A DNA stretch of 64,000 nucleotides. It comes from Candidatus Aldehydirespirator sp. (GTDB lineage Bacteria; Actinomycetota; Acidimicrobiia; Acidimicrobiales; Aldehydirespiratoraceae). Under the pieces are notes generated by a model. It saw only the letters and a program-made list of their open reading frames with translations, had not been told where the DNA came from and ran no database searches. The translations under genes and the position numbers were made by a program. Positions 62,995 to 64,000 of this stretch are shown here, piece after piece (the stretch's first letter is position 1; every line of letters begins with the position of its first letter). The DNA lies in the NCBI GenBank assembly GCA_965203575.1, contig OZ241894.1:2380322-2444321 (forward strand), given 5' to 3'.

Positions 62995-63444
62995 ATGCTC
63001 ACGCAGGGACTGGACCATGTGGCCGTCATCACGAACGACTCCGACCGGCTCCAGAGCTTCTACATCGACATGTTCGGGGCCACCGTGGAGTTCGACGGCG
63101 AGGAGTTCCCCGGCGGGCCTCGCATGACCGTCATCAACATCGGCCCGGCCACCGAGCTGAACGTGTTCGAGATCGACGGCAACGGCCAGGCCGACCACCA
63201 GACGCCGATGTTCGGCCGGGGCCGGCTCGACCACATCGGCCTGTATGCGGCCAGCCTTGAGGACTTCAACGAGATCCGCTCCAGGCTTACGGCGGCCGGA
63301 GCCACCGACGGCACCGTCACCGACTTCGGCCGCAAGCTCAGCCTGTTCTTCAGGGATCCCGACCGGATGGAGTGCGAGGTGCTGGTGACCAACCCCGAGC
63401 CCGGCCAGGTCCCCATCGGCAGCGCCTCCCACCTCTACCCGTAG
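62995..63444 (+). CDS. VOC/glyoxalase-family protein
   Basis: MLTQGLDHVAVITNDSDRLQSFYIDMFGA... and ...RLDHIGLYAASLEDF... paired beta-alpha-beta-beta-beta modules. Confidence 0.75.
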   Translation: MLTQGLDHVAVITNDSDRLQSFYIDMFGATVEFDGEEFPGGPRMTVINIGPATELNVFEIDGNGQADHQTPMFGRGRLDHIGLYAASLEDFNEIRSRLTAAGATDGTVTDFGRKLSLFFRDPDRMECEVLVTNPEPGQVPIGSASHLYP

Positions 63445-63585
63445 CCCGGCCGCTAACTGCGGCAGACACGCTGGCATTGGGCATGGAAACCACTTGAAAA
63501 TCATCTATACTGAGTTATATTCATGTCTACGGTCTTCAGTTCACCGTGACCGCGGGATTCGGCCGATCATGTGGGAGGTATTGCC

Positions 63586-63942
63586 ATGGGCACGTTTGAG
63601 TGGCCTCTGAGGATTGCTGGCTTGAGCGGCGGACGAAGCGTGGAGATCGAGGCCACGGTGGACACCGGCGCCTTCTACAGCGTGGTGCCGGCACGCCTGC
63701 TGCGCGAGATCGGCGTCGAGCGGTTGGACAGGCGCCGGATGCGGCTGGCCGACGGCAGAGTCGTCGACGCCGATATGGGGGAGGCGCAGGTGACCATCGA
63801 CGGCAAGAGCGTGACGACCCAGGTGATCTTCGGCGAGGACGGTGCCCCGTCCCTGCTAGGGGCCTACACCCTCGAGGGCCTCGCCCTAACGGTCGACCCC
63901 GTCGACCAACGCCTGATTCCCCGCGGCCTCCTCCCCTTGTAA
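63586..63942 (+). CDS. retropepsin-like (clan AA) aspartic protease
   Basis: EATVDTGAFYSVVP (D-T-G-A active site) and overall ~118-aa single-lobe size. Confidence 0.7.
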   Translation: MGTFEWPLRIAGLSGGRSVEIEATVDTGAFYSVVPARLLREIGVERLDRRRMRLADGRVVDADMGEAQVTIDGKSVTTQVIFGEDGAPSLLGAYTLEGLALTVDPVDQRLIPRGLLPL

Positions 63943-64000
63943 ACCACAGCCGCGGGCTCACTTGATACGCGAATGGATCGGTAAGTCGGGTCGTCGTTAC

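Noticed and set aside
1-64000. Search for tRNA, rRNA, tmRNA, known riboswitches and CRISPR arrays
   Set aside because: By eye I saw no T-loop/anticodon-arm architecture next to the integrase remnant or at the island borders, no rRNA-like conserved blocks, and no repeat-spacer arrays. Visual scanning cannot exclude small RNAs; tRNAscan-SE and Infernal would be decisive.

Overview
High-GC (about 68-72% in most sampled lines) actinobacterium-like chromosomal segment; F420-type LLM oxidoreductase, polyphosphate/ROK glucokinase, GTG/TTG starts and 1-4 nt stop/start overlaps fit that. The six-frame track is full of long R/P/G/A-rich antisense ORFs typical of high GC; I kept only ORFs with recognisable motifs or coherent operon context. 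Left to right: an edge-truncated PLA2-like gene; a large secreted repeat protein plus a lipoprotein; a GH3 / enolase-superfamily / fatty-acid-hydroxylase operon; vapBC; modABC; an MscS channel; an amino-sugar-type cluster (ROK regulator, M20 peptidase, ABC transporter, PLP enzyme, ROK kinase, nagB); a small accessory patch ending in an integrase remnant; housekeeping or secondary-metabolism genes (FAH, OMT, LLM, two acyl-CoA ligases, P450, glcDEF, VWA lipoprotein, deaminase, serine hydrolase). From about 43.5 kb the window becomes accessory. The main result is a defence island at about 46.76-63.5 kb: an sspABCD-like DNA phosphorothioation module, with sspC interrupted at a 9-nt homopolymer, translationally coupled to a non-SspE effector set (856-aa multi-HTH protein, GIY-YIG-like protein, DGQHR/DndB-like protein, SNF2 helicase) and a RelE-type TA pair. 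Nearby lie an SBD-HNH (phosphorothioate-sensing type) endonuclease and a PLD-family nuclease. Other observations: an 86-88 nt intergenic element in three same-orientation copies, a 40-bp duplication of a gene 3' end at the island border, perfect coding tandem repeats, and GC mosaicism inside the defence operon. No rRNA, tRNA or CRISPR array was recognised.
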